64,000 bases of DNA from Octopus vulgaris. Lineage: Eukaryota. Positions 1-13,306 of this stretch are shown piece after piece. Under the pieces are notes generated by a model. The model worked only from the letters and a program-made list of their open reading frames with translations, made no database searches and was not told the origin of the DNA. Positions within the stretch are counted from its first letter, which is position 1; each line of letters begins with the position of its first letter. The DNA lies in contig OX597831.1 of the NCBI GenBank assembly GCA_951406725.2, positions 30,318,001 to 30,382,000 on the forward strand. Reading direction: 5' to 3'. The position numbers and the translations under genes are program-made.

Positions 1-477
1 AGCACTTTTTTTGTTTTTATATTTTGTTTGCTATTTTTTAAAAATTTAAAGTTAACGTAATTTGATTACAAAATTCCTCGTTAAGCTAATTCTGTCTTCA
101 TTTTTAGCATTACTAGAATGCAAAATATAAAGAGTATGTATAATTAATTATAAAATAGAAGCATTGACTGGATAAATGCTCTGGAATGTAAAACGCGGGC
201 ACAGAGAGCTACAATACTCCGAAGTATGGAATCTAGAGAAGTACAGGAGAAGCAGTAATAAAGCCAGGAAAAGTACAGGATAAGAAGAAAAAAAAATATT
301 GCTGATGAAATTAGAATTTAGAAACTAAAATAAATGTCCTATTATATGTTTTATTTTTACATAAACGTTTAAATTAAAATACTCAAGAAGCTATCTATTT
401 TCAATTATAGTGAAAAGACTAATTGCCTATAAGTTTCCACATTAAAAATTTATTATTTCAAATTTAGTGCTACCTAT

Positions 478-516
<39 letters not shown>

Positions 517-676
517 AAACCAACAAATAGCAATTTAAGCAAAATTGATTATGTATTATAACCCCTAAATTTTTTTAAACAGCTAGAGAATAATTTCTGA
601 ATTTTGCTCTCAAATTATTCATTAGCTTTTTTTGAAATATTCTTCTGACTGTAAGTAGAAAATACATAATTTGTTA

Positions 677-812
<136 letters not shown>

Positions 813-823
813 ATGCAAATATA

Positions 824-1220
824 GGCGCAGGAGTGGTTGTGTGGTAAGTATCTTGCTTACCAACCATATGTTTCAGGGTTCAGTTCCATTGTGTGGCACC
901 TTGGGCAAGTGTATTCTCCTATAACCTGGGGCCTTGTGAGTGGATTTGGTAGAGGGAAACGGAAAAGAAGCCGTTGTATATATGTATGCATATGTGTGTG
1001 TGTGTGTCTTTGTGTGTGTGTAAATGTTTGTGTGTTTGTGTTTGTCTCTCCACATCGCTTGACAACTGATGCTGGTTTGTTTCCGTCCCCGTAACATAGC
1101 GGTTCGGCGAAAAAGACCGATAGTATAATAAGTACTAGGCTTACAAAGAATAAGTCCTGGGTTCGATTTGCTTGACTAAAGGCGGTGCTAGAGCATGGCC
1201 GCAGTCAAATGAGTGAAACA
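824..1220 (+). mobile_element. tRNA-headed SINE, family A, near full length
   Basis: A-box-like TGGTTGTGTGG, B-box-like GGGTTCAGTTCC, CORE-like ACCTTGGGCAAGT, internal (TA)/(TG) tract, 3' part ...GGCGGTGCT..AGCATGGCCGCAGTCAAATGA. Many homologous copies in the window. Confidence 0.85.
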
Positions 1221-1555
1221 TAATACATTTTTAAACCACCGAAAATTTGGTACGACTTAGAGTTACTCCCTTCATCTAGACCGCCGGTGATAACTAATCG
1301 TAAAATATATACAAATTGAATACAAACGTGCGGAAAAAATGTGCTTAATTATACTAGGAACCCCGCACCTAAATAATACTCACCCCGCCCTAATTACCCG
1401 ACGAAACTAACCAGTCTACCACAATCAAACCTCTACCCAGCGAATGTACCAGCGCAAGAACAACATTTAATGTAAGACTTACTACATTTGTTTATATTAC
1501 CATCACATATGTATCAATTATATTCGCATCCTAACCAATTCATCTATCTATATTC

Positions 1556-1608
1556 GCATTCTGAAGAGAGATTTACTTAAATCAGTAAATCGAAACGATC
1601 GTAAATGC
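1556..1608 (+). ncRNA. Type I hammerhead ribozyme motif, intact core
   Basis: GCATT-CTGAAGA-ga-GATTTACT(taaatc)AGTAAATC-GAAA-CGATCG-TA-AATGC: 5-bp stem I, 8-bp stem II, palindromic stem III, GUA site. Confidence 0.82.
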
Positions 1609-1710
1609 TACCTTCATTTCTGCTTCATCCTTCTTTGTTATCTAATTTGAACTAAAGGCATACCAGCGAAAACCACGAGTTTCCAATTGTTATTATATCC
1701 ATTTTCCTCT

Positions 1711-1751
<41 letters not shown>

Positions 1752-1758
<7 letters not shown>

Positions 1759-2103
1759 TACCGGAGTAAGCACATAAATGTGAAACAAGGTGGAAAAAAG
1801 AGTACTCAAATACCAGAGGTAGAGTAATATGCTTTATTAAAAAGCAGCAGAAATATAACAAAAGCTGTTACTCGGAGATTCACGTTCCCGTCGTCGGACA
1901 GTTTTGTTAAACTCCGAGTAACAGCCTTTGTTATATTTCTGCTCCCTTCTCTGGATCTTTCCTTCTTCTATGTTTTCGATGAAGAGCTCCGCTCGAAACG
2001 TTAAACTCTCCTTCTTTCCTTCTTTCCTGAGCATCCAATAATACTATATTTGTTCCACGTCCTCGCGTTGTGTTTTTTTTTGTGTTTTCTTGTTTGGATT
2101 AAC
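1752..2103. mobile_element. Composite of two oppositely oriented PLE-terminus-like fragments between (TA)n tracts
   Basis: Inverted repeat ~1848-1877 / 1912-1943; decayed HHR on - at 1865-1901 and HHR on + at 1972-2006; ~1970-2103 is homologous to 32811-32944 (-). Confidence 0.6.
1972..2006 (+). ncRNA. Minimal hammerhead motif, core slightly decayed
   Basis: GTTT-TCGATGA-a-GAGC(tcc)GCTC-GAAA-CG-TT-AAAC; the sister copy at 32910-32944 has core CCGACGA. Confidence 0.6.
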
Positions 2104-2144
<41 letters not shown>

Positions 2145-2311
2145 AATCAAAATAAGCAACAAGGATAGCCTTGTTGCTCATTTTGATTTTAATCACCTTA
2201 TTTTGAAATTGTATGGATAATACCGCACTAAATTCTGGTGCCTCAACTTAAGTACCATATTCATCTTAATCTATACATCAGCCTGGCCGCAACTATGAGC
2301 TGAAACTACAG

Positions 2312-2372
<61 letters not shown>

Positions 2373-2396
2373 TATATATATATATATACACATACA

Positions 2397-2432
<36 letters not shown>

Positions 2433-3040
2433 TATATACGCATATGTACGTATTTGTGTATACATATATATATATATTCACACATAAATATATGTACAAA
2501 TATATATAATATATGTATGCACTAGCACAAACCTCTAAGAACAGACATACGCACACGCGGCGGCACGCTTTCACAGATATCATAAATAATTGTATTGTTC
2601 TCTGTGAACCAAAAAAAATATGTGATATTTATCGCGTATCTTCATTTCTTTTATCTGATAGTCACCATTTATGTGTATGATAATTGAATAAATGAAATGT
2701 ATTTGGCAGAACATTTGAGGAGACATCGATCCATTGCTTTCTGTCGGGGCAAAATCCTGGCAAAGTCATACTCGTTATGATAATCGGATTACCTGGAGAA
2801 TGTGAGACCAAATTATTAATTCCTTTATATATCAGTATAGGGTTGGTTAGCACAAGATAATCGGAATTTTAACAACGAAAAAATATGATAATAAATATAT
2901 TACTTGGCACACGAAGTCGAAAGAACACATAGAGAACAATGCAATATATAGATTTTTCCAACTTAATTGTGGGGTCAGAAGCATCTAAAATGAGTCTCAT
3001 ATTGAAAGACAATCATAGAATCGGTAGTGTGCAGGATCTA

Positions 3041-3577
3041 TTGGGTTGTCCGGAAAGCTTGTGCCAATTTATAGTAGCTTATCTTTCGACTTATTTTAGA
3101 ACATGGTTGAGTCCGTAAAATAAGATTTGACTACACCTCCATTTAGAGCACAGTTTAAGCTGTTTTCGTGGAAGAAGGTTTATGTTCCTATAACCTGTGT
3201 TAATTCTGTAACCCTTTAAAATAGAAGATAGGAAAGTTTATTTTCAGTACTTGATGCTTTGAGAACCAGACAAAAATTGCTGCAGCTCGGCTGGGATGTG
3301 TGAGCCCACCCTCTATATTCACCAGATATTGCTCCTTCGGATTTCCACTTCTTCAGGTCTCTGCAGTATAGTCTTAATAGTAAAAATTTCAATTCCTTGG
3401 ATGACGTAAAAATATGCCATGAATTCTGGGTAGAGGGTATTTTCAAGTTAAAGGAAAGATGGAGACGCATTGTGCAACAAAATGCTCCATATTTGGCTCA
3501 TTAAAAATGTAATGGCAAGTATTTATTGACCTTTTTCTTGCCTTTAAAAATCGGTACGAACTTTCCGGACAACCCAA
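3041..3577 (+). mobile_element. Internally deleted mariner transposon
   Basis: TIRs TTGGGTTGTCCGGAAAG / CTTTCCGGACAACCCAA with TA on both sides. The + strand translates to QKLLQLGWDV*AHPLYSPDIAPSDFHFFRSLQ (mariner YSPDLAPSD motif). Confidence 0.92.
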
Positions 3578-4235
3578 TAGATAACAAAGATCAGTTGATA
3601 ACAGTAAACAGTAGGTTTAAATGACATTATTCTGTGCATGGCTGGAATCTACTAGATAGTAAAACCATTCGATAGCACTTAACTCGGATCATATAAAGTG
3701 GCTTCCAAAATTTTTCATTTCTGTAGTCCCTTCTTAGTTTCCTAGTTCAATTTCCACCAAAGTCATATCGACAAAGGACTCCGTCGAACACAGAGTTTAA
3801 ATGAACCGGTAATACACTTGGAAAATTTAATAAACCCAACACCTTTTGCTTCAACACCTAACGTTCTTCCGAAGTTAAAAATCTATATATTTATAAAAAT
3901 CTATAAATATCAGTAAACAATTAATTAGATTTATATCTTAATTTGAAATAAATTAACGTGGTTAATTATTTATAGTTATATATTTTCAGTTAGATTATAA
4001 TTCCGAAAAACTTCTTTTTCTTTTTCAGAATGGTTGTGCATGTAAAATTGAGGCTGCGGATGCGGCGGCGGCGGTAGTAGCAGTGGTGGTGCGTAGAATA
4101 ATTCGATCACTTGCTTATTGATTTCTTCGTCTCTCTAGTATAAATCATTATTGATTAGATAGGCTTTTTTTATTGTTTTTCTTTCACCTTTACGTATACT
4201 TCTTCATCCATCATTCTTCAGTCGAGATTTTTCTT

Positions 4236-4236
4236 A

Positions 4237-4296
<60 letters not shown>

Positions 4297-4345
4297 CGCT
4301 GCCGCCTCTTCTGCTACAGCTGCTGCTGTTGCTGTTGTTGTTGTT
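4236..4345. repeat. (CTA)n / (CTG,TTG)n trinucleotide repeat
   Basis: Direct reading. Confidence 0.9.
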
Positions 4346-4513
4346 GCAGAAGCTGTAATTACTACTATTGTTACTGTTCCTGAGGAAGATGTTAATCATT
4401 TTAAATTCTTAGATAGCTATCGACTTTCGTTGTTGAAACTATACTGTAAAAGAAGACCAAAGCGACCTCAGTTCATTACGGTTGGTATTATTATTGTTAC
4501 TATCATCATTATT

Positions 4514-4648
4514 TTGCCTTTCATCCTTTCGGGGTCGATAAATTAAGTACCAGTTAAGCACTGGGGTCGATATAATCGTCTTAATTCGTTTATCTGTCCT
4601 TGTTTGTCCCCTCTATGTTTAGCCCCTTGTGGGTAGTAAAGAAACAAT
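4514..4648 (+). mobile_element. SINE family B, 3' half
   Basis: GCCTTTCATCCTTTCGGGGTCGATAAATTAAGTACCAG plus the tail matching 62060-62290. Confidence 0.8.
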
Positions 4649-5549
4649 TATTATTATTATTATATCACGGATATAAGAGAAAAGCAAAGTTGCGCTTATG
4701 AACTCAGATCATTAAGGGTCCAAATTAAGCTGAAGAAAAATTCTGAGAGACCGAGGTTAACAAGTAGGTAAATAGATAAAATAACGTATTAATGAACTAA
4801 AATTGCCGAAAACCCCTGAATTGAAACCTAATTTGATCAGGAGTTTGAATTTCGTGATATTGAGCCTTATTTTATGAAAATGCACACGAAGGGGAGAAAA
4901 CAATCTTTTGTCATTCCCTTGAATCTGAGAAACTAGCTAAGTCCGTGCTTATCTAGTTTTTCATGTTTATGGAAATAAATTGGTAGAAATGATATACAGG
5001 ATACCACGTTGATATAAACTGTAAGGTTCGAAAGTGAAAGTATGATTCTGTGTAACATTTCTTCTCGAATATAAGAGCTTGAGACTTAGTGTGACAGCAA
5101 AGCATTAGTTGATGACCTGATATAAATCATTGATAAGAGTCAAAAGATCAAGACAATATTTATGAAATAAAAGCATTGTTAGTCCTATCTTCAAAAATAA
5201 ACAGTATTTAGCCTTGCAACAGAAAAAGCAGCCTGTGTTATATATCACTTTAAACCAACATTAGTTTCAGTAGAATAAGTAAAAGGTGCAAAAATATACA
5301 TTATATATTAAAAAGACAAAAGTTATAGCATTAGATTGAAGCACAGAGCTTCATATGATGAGAAAAGAGTGTAGCTGATTATACTGACGGCCGAAATTTA
5401 TTGGCCTTTATTTTAGGGACTACATAATGATAAATGGTAACATTGACCTCGTCGGATTTGAACTCAAAATATAAAAAAAGATGGAACCAAAAACGCATAT
5501 GTAACGCTTTTCAAACAAAAGTCATAAAGCTTATCAATGTTTCTGTCTA

Positions 5550-5775
5550 AGCGTAAACTTGATTCGATATAAAATAAGGCAATGAATAAACAGGGAAGGT
5601 AGAGTGCCCCGAGGAGGGGTAGTCTTTCAAAGTGTAAAGTAGATTCAATATAAAATAAAGCGATGAATAGACCGAGAGGGTAGAGCGCCCCGTGGAGTGG
5701 TAGCCTGCCAACGCGTAAAAGTGATTCAATATAAAATAAGGTCATGAATAAACAGAGAAGGCAGAGCACACCATA
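5550..5775. repeat. 81-bp minisatellite, ~2.7 diverged copies
   Basis: GATTC(G/A)ATATAAAATAA recurs at 5561, 5642 and 5723. Confidence 0.85.
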
Positions 5776-6320
5776 GAGTGCTTGTGGTGTTTCGTTTAGT
5801 TTCTCTGCAGTCTGATATTGACGAAGCCAATTTTCCTTTCATGTTTTCGAGTTAAATAAATAGAATTCCCGCCTTAACTGGAATCCACTATTGAGTGGTG
5901 AATTAGACATAAAGAGTTGAAGGCAAACATTTTCCCCTTTGACTAAAGCCCTCATCAACTTTTTCAATTTCACTTGAAAACGAAGGTGAGGGTAGAGCGG
6001 AAAGTCGTGACTCCCAGTAATTTTATCAAAAAGTGGTTGAATGTGTAAGAATGGTCCGAATGAATGGGCCTACACTAGGCATGCGCCTGTAAATTGGAGG
6101 GAAATGCTGTAGGGCGCTTTCCTTAGTGGCCAAGACGACAGTGGTTTTGTGGGTTTCCTCAAGCAGCCCCAGGAAGTTTTTTGGGGAATGTTTCATTGTT
6201 ATAATTTATATTATCGTTTTTACTGTTTACACTCTTCTATTTATGTAACCCCAAATTGTAAAATACTGTACCGTCCCCAATAACTTTTTGTGAACCCCTA
6301 ATAGTAAATAAAGAAATTAC

Positions 6321-6470
6321 TGGCGAGCTGGCAGAATCGTTAGCTCGGGTAAAATGCTAAGCGGGATTGCATCCGTCTTCACGCCCTGAATTCAAATTCC
6401 GACGAGGTCGATTTTGGCTTTCATCATTTCAGCGTCTATAAAATAAATATCAGCTGAGCACTGGAGTCTG
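6321..6470 (+). mobile_element. SINE family B, diverged
   Basis: GGCGAGCTGGCAGAATCGTTAGC head, GAATTCAAATTCC B-box-like motif, GCTTTCATCATTTC domain. Confidence 0.75.
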
Positions 6471-6493
6471 TTATCACTATCATCATGATCATG

Positions 6494-6546
<53 letters not shown>

Positions 6547-6825
6547 GTTTTCCCCTCTTTCTTCAAATTTTCTTCCGTTTCTCGCCGAGTGTTTTCCATA
6601 CACCTAGGGCAGAGAAGCTCATTGAACGCATTCCCAGATTACACGCGCAAATTCACAGATAAAATATGTATTTAAAAATTAATAAATAAATAAATCCATG
6701 GATCGATGTTGTTTTCACAGCGATACTACTCTTCACAGTACATGAGCCGTTCCAGTTAATACGATTTTTTGCACTTCCAGTAGGGATGGTAAGCCTGGTA
6801 TCATTTTCAAATAAGTTTCAGTACC

Positions 6826-6828
<3 letters not shown>
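6547..6828 (-). mobile_element. 3' end of a non-LTR retrotransposon (R4/Dong-like C-terminus + 3' UTR) inserted in (TAA)n
   Basis: The - strand reads KGTETYLKMIPGLPSLLEVQKIVLTGTAHVL*R, resembling the QKxxLxGTAHIL terminus of R4/Dong-type elements. (TTA)n flanks both sides (~6497-6546, ~6829-6918). Confidence 0.7.
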
Positions 6829-6897
<69 letters not shown>

Positions 6898-7979
6898 CAT
6901 TATTATTATTATTATTATCCTCACCATCATCTCTGTCTGTCTCCCTTTGAATCGGCTTTGTGAATGACCCAACATGAAAGCATTCACGTCATTTCACCAC
7001 AATTCAGGGGCATTACATAAAATTTGTAGATATAATGACATGTACCTTCTTAATGTTTTATAAACACATTAAGTAAACGAATATTTTAGAGAAACTTGTT
7101 ACCAGTGCTGTAGAGCAAGAAATAAACAACTGACAAGCCAATACTGCGGCCATCTTTCTATCCAACGTTAATGCCACAGGGAAAGGCTAGAACGATTCAA
7201 TTTCCGGTAAATATCTTCCCTGATATCTAGAAAATTTTTTGTTGTAGCAAATTTTATTGTAACTAGATTGGAAAGACAGAAAAATCAATATTTTTTTTCT
7301 GAAACATTCTATATTCTGCTGACTCAAAAAATATTGGCTATTCAACTCACGTTCATTTACCAAATATTCAATTAGCTGATGCAAGCGGGTAGCAATTAAA
7401 CGATAATGTCTTGATAGATGTAAGAATTTATGATAACTGTATTACATTCAAAATGGTTGCCAATTGCGGAAATTGAGAGTTTACCCTCTAAAGAAATATT
7501 AATATGAAAGAAAAATTCGCTATCAGAAAGAAAATTTAGCAGAATATTAAATATCACTTATGAGTTGCAATCATTCCATTACAACTGGACATTTGATGTG
7601 CTGCTATTCACTTCCTGTTTTATTAAATCTGGTTTGAATATAGACTGGAAACACAAGGGGTATATTTATACTGTATCAGGTGATTTATTGTGCTGTATTC
7701 GCCTGTCAATAATTCTACACATAAGTGACATGGTATTACGTACGTATGTGCGTACACACATGCACAAAAACGCACACACACGCACACTCACACACACAAA
7801 CACGTACGTATGCATATAAATGCATCCGTCTATCTATCTTTCTATGAATTATTATTGAGACTAGATTGGAAAGAAAAATCAATAATTATTCTTAAGGATT
7901 CTATATATTGGTGATTACATATATAAGTACACAGGAAGTATGCACATATATGCCTTCATACATACATATACTTTATCGG

Positions 7980-8030
<51 letters not shown>

Positions 8031-10239
8031 TATGTGTGTGCGTGTTAGTATATGTATACATATGTGTTTGCGTATATGTGTGTGTATATACAATATGTAT
8101 TTGCTGTTTTCCGTATAATACAAACTGAACACATACTATTTCTTGCTATTTGAGTTCTCGAAGCTGCATATTCGCACTCCATAATAATGTACTGCACATT
8201 TATCGTTATTTTGCATATATAATACTTGTGTACACATATGGATAAAAAGCGTTTCAATGGGATGTTGCAGTAAAGATACTATCTCTCTATCTATGTATTC
8301 ATCCATCCATCTATCCACCCACCAAACAACTCACCATATATATATATTACGTAAGCAAAGGTTTATATATACCCTCAAGTTGTACTGTTGTAGTACTACT
8401 CGAGAACTATATCACTTTTATCTTTTACTAGTTACGCTCACTGGACAGCAGCCATGCTGGGGTACCGCTTCAAAGGCTGTTTAGTAGAACAAATAGTACT
8501 TATTTTTTAAAAGTCTAGTGCTTATTCTATTGGCGTCGTTTGTCGAACCGCTTGGAAGCGCCACAGTGAAGTCATTTTGTTTGCTCTACCCTTCTCTCTT
8601 AACGTTAAATCTTGCGTGGGAAGAATTTTACTTAGATTGGTGCACAAACACTTCCCAAAGTCACATAGTCATGGACTTTTGTTTAATATGCACAATTTAA
8701 GTCTCATTTAGTTACTCACCCGGCATTAAGAAAATATTAGTGAGCATTCCTAAGCTGTGAGCAGAGGTAGGGTGTTCATAAAGGGTATATAATTATTGCC
8801 CAGTGAGACGGTCGATGCGAAGCCGAGGGGGTCGTGGTTGCCGGCACTGGTAGCCAGAACAACAGCCTAAACAGCAACGACAGATTTGCCGTCAACAACA
8901 GCAGCGGCGACAACATTGACGACGACAGCTGTGGCGGCAGCGGCGCACCAAGCAGCAAAAAGAACAATACCGACAGATACGAACGCTGCACCAACACCAA
9001 CACTGAAGCCAGAAATGACTGCTATGCCAGCAGTAACGAAACCACCAGAATCACGCCCGTGAAAAACAGTGTCGGCAGGAACTCCAACAACAACACTTGC
9101 AGCATCAACAACAACGACATCATAACCATCAGCGGTGGTAGCACATCTAATACACATACACAGAATTTTGTTTCAACCAGAGCCTTGTTTAAACAACTGA
9201 AAGGTGAAACATCACGTCCCTTGTTAGCCAGTATGACGCTTAAAAGATGAAGGGACCCTATGCATACTAAAATAGAAGCCCTTTGAACAGCCAGGGTCTT
9301 AAGAAAACTGGAAGAAATGATATAGTCTTTACTTGGCAAAGAACAAGAATCCTAAAAACACGCTTAACACGGGGACCATTTTTATACACCAGAAAAGAAG
9401 TATATAGTCGATGCCCTCATCTAAAACGCTTTATACTGCAAGCTTGGAAATTTTCCATTTGTTGAACAGACGACCCATGGCAGCATCTTTGACTATCACC
9501 GCGGATGGAACTGATGTAAGGGGTATCACTCCAACCAACCTGTAACATCTCCTGTACTGACAAATTTTGTTTATAAAACTAACTGACCCTGACGTATTCC
9601 TAGCTCCAGTTGTAGAGAGGTGATGCACCTTCAGGCATTTGAGTCTGACGTGTCGCCTATATGGCTAAGTACTTTACAGGTAGGAAACTAATGATTACTC
9701 TCTGGCCAGCCACAAAGACACTTGCACAGTGGGACTGAACCCGAAACCATATAATTACAAAGCGATTTTCTTAACTGCAACAATTGTGAAACTGCATATT
9801 GTTAGTATTTTCACATCTTCTGTTGAATGTATGCGTAGGAATTAAAGATATCAAAATTGTAGCCGATTAGTAACGCATATCACACAAGGGAAATAATCAA
9901 TGTTATAATCTCTGAATAATTATTTCCTTTTATCCAAATAATTAGACCTTTGCCTTTCCCCCCTGTTATTACATCAAACGCCGTTTGAGAACTCGTTCCC
10001 ATTTAGCCCAACAAATGTGACTGCAATGTTATCACCAGTCAAACTGCAGTGGAATAATTGCAAATATTTCGCATTAAACCATATTAAGGTAACTGCATGG
10101 AAAGTATAATATACATGACATAAGCTCATAAGTTCGGTTTGTTTCGCCTGTTCTGTGGTGTATGTACCCCACACTGTTCGGCACGCCGGCCCACCACAGG
10201 AGTGCCTATATTTGCCAGCTACGCGAACTAGAATTGCGC

Positions 10240-10883
10240 AAAATGGATCTTCTATCGAAATGTTAAACGGCGTAAACAGTGGCTTGGTAAAAGGAAAAAG
10301 CTCCACCACAACTGAGAAGAGAACATCATGGAAAAAAGGTTCTTCTCTCTATCTGGTGGGATTGCAAGGGAGTAATTCACTTTGAATTGTTACCACCTAA
10401 TTCAACAATCAATGCTCAAGTCTACTGTCAGCAATTAGAGCGTTTGAACCAAGCTTTGAAGTAAAAAAGACCCGCTTTAGTGAATCGAAAAGGACTGATG
10501 TTTTATCAGGACAATGCGTGACTCCACACCGCAAAGATCACATCACAGAAGATCGAAGAGCTTGGTTGGGAAAAATTCCTCATCCACCTTATTCTTCCCG
10601 CCTTGCTCCTTCAGACTACCATTTGTTTCGTAGTTTATAGAATCATTTGGGGGACATAACTTTCACAAGCCAGGGGGAGGTCGAAACTGACATTTCAGAG
10701 TTCTTCACTTTGAAACGAAAAGAGTTTTACATTGATGGTATTTAAAAGCTTGTAAATAGATGGAAAGAAGTCATAGATAATCAGGGAAAGTACATTGATG
10801 ATTAAATTTCAAATAAATATAACATTTGATCACTTGTTTTCTTTTATTCAAACTTTGGACAGAACTTATGAGATGACCTGATA
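10240..10883 (+). mobile_element. Mariner transposase relic (catalytic half) with 3' TIR
   Basis: With stops and frameshifts: KWIFYRNVKRRKQW..HGKKVLLSIWWDCKGVIHFELLP..YCQQLERL..QDNA*LH..HPPYSSRLAPSDYHLFRSL..KLVNRWKEVIDNQGKYIDD*. TIR-like GAACTTATGAGATGACCTGA-TA. Confidence 0.92.
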
Positions 10884-11966
10884 TATCTGTCTCGGATAAG
10901 AAACGTCGTAACAAAGTTCAGCGCTGGCTAAAATTTCTAGAGAATATCTGTAGAAATAATCTTAACAAGTGATTGCTACATATAGATACATATATATGTA
11001 GGTAAAAACGTAAGTAGACACACCGATGTATATTTACAAATACATATATACAAATGAGTGTACGCACAGAGACGCAAGCACACACTTATATAAGCACACA
11101 TTAATATAGACATCTATCTATGTACCTATGTACGTATGTATATATATATATATATGTATGTGTCTATCTATCTATTTACCTATCGATCGATCTATACACA
11201 CGCATGCATACATCCATACACACATAAACGCAATCACGCACACATATACATACATATATATATATACACACATATACAGCCACACATATATACAATACAT
11301 GCAACTACGTATAGGTACCTGCATATAAATGCACACACATACGCACATATGCCCTTATATATTGTTTTATGCATACACATGCTTATATAAATATCCGCAT
11401 GTTACTGAGCGAACATATAAAAAATTTGCTATAAAAGCGTATATAATCGCACGAGTATACATTGCTTTGATTATTCAAACTGTGCATCGTTCATGTTTTC
11501 ATGTGGATTCAAAATTGTTGTAATACTAATTCTAGTAGCTTAAGTATTATGTTTTTGTTCTGTTTTCGTCTGTATTTATGGATAATACTCTTCTTTGGCT
11601 TTTCGAAACTTGTTCATTTTCTTCGTATTTTAACAAAATGGGAATATTTTGAATTTTTTTTTTGCCACATTTTTTAAAATGTTCACTTCATGTTGTTTTT
11701 CTAATGGAGGCGTCATGATTTTGGTGTCTGTGTGTGTGTGAGTGTGTGTGTGTGTGTATACGTGTGTGTGCGTGCGTGCGCGCCAACATGTGTACGGATG
11801 ATATATTTTGTGTTCTGTGTGTATATGCATATGTGTGTATGTATATATGTGTATATATATGTATTTATATACATACGTACACACACAAACACACACACAC
11901 ATATATATATATATTTATCTGTATATATATATATGTGTGTGTGTGAGTGAGTGTGTGTGTGAGTGA

Positions 11967-12000
<34 letters not shown>

Positions 12001-12349
12001 ATAATCATACAAGGTGGCAGCTCTCGAGTAGAAACTAGTAAACATAAAGAAATATGTGTTTGTGTGTGAAACTGAGTGAGAGTGTGTATGTGTGTGTGTA
12101 TATATACGTGTGTGTGTGTATATACGTGTGTGTGTGTTTGTGCATTTTTGTATACTATGTAAGCACTTTGTATACTATGTATATATGTGTTAAAATATTA
12201 GCGTGTAGACATCTTGGTATGTGTGCTTCTACTTAAAGATTTATAGTACCATTTTGATCTGGAACTGACCAACCTAATATTTTATGCTTTAGAAATTATT
12301 GTACAACTTAATTCTTCCATATTGTTTTATATACGAATGTGTGTGTCTT

Positions 12350-12398
<49 letters not shown>

Positions 12399-12604
12399 GT
12401 CTGTGTATATGTGTGTGTGTATGTGTGTGCGTTCTTCGTTCAAAAGCCCTACCAACACAATTGATAAAAACAACTAAAATATCATTTTGTAAACCGCTTA
12501 TGAGCGAAAAAAATACGAATTGTAAAAACCTAATAATTTATAAACGTCTAAATATTCAATGGGAAAGATTATTAAAAAAGCCATTTCTATTAATTTTTTC
12601 AAAT

Positions 12605-12760
<156 letters not shown>

Positions 12761-12924
12761 ATTCATAAATTATTACCATCGCAAATTACTGCCGAAAGGC
12801 AACAAGTATGGTCGTCGCTATAGGGACCCCCCGTCACTTTAGTGACGACTATACTCGTTTACTTCCGGTTATAAATGTATATGTATACATACATACATAC
12901 ATACATACATACATACTTACATAC

Positions 12925-12955
<31 letters not shown>

Positions 12956-13088
12956 ATGAAATAATGTAATATATATATCCTTGCAACCTACTTCGTCTTA
13001 TAATGTAAAAGTACACAGTCATAAATTCACACATTCCTGTATGAAAACATGTGTGTATGTGCAAATATCTGTATTATATATGTATATG

Positions 13089-13167
<79 letters not shown>

Positions 13168-13239
13168 AAGGTGTGTGTGTGTACACATACACATATACGC
13201 ACACACATATAAGTATACATGTACACACAACTTACATTT

Positions 13240-13279
<40 letters not shown>

Positions 13280-13306
13280 TATATATATATATGCATATAT
13301 ACATAC

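Noticed and set aside
4008-4120. Strong polypyrimidine-CAG acceptor followed by NGCACKIEAADAAAA
   Set aside because: The splice signal is the only evidence; the peptide is unrecognised and has no partner exons.
5464-5769. 101-aa ORF with 27-aa repeats; CRISPR-like periodicity
   Set aside because: Explained by the 81-bp minisatellite. The whole unit repeats, there are no unique spacers or cas genes, and the context is eukaryotic.
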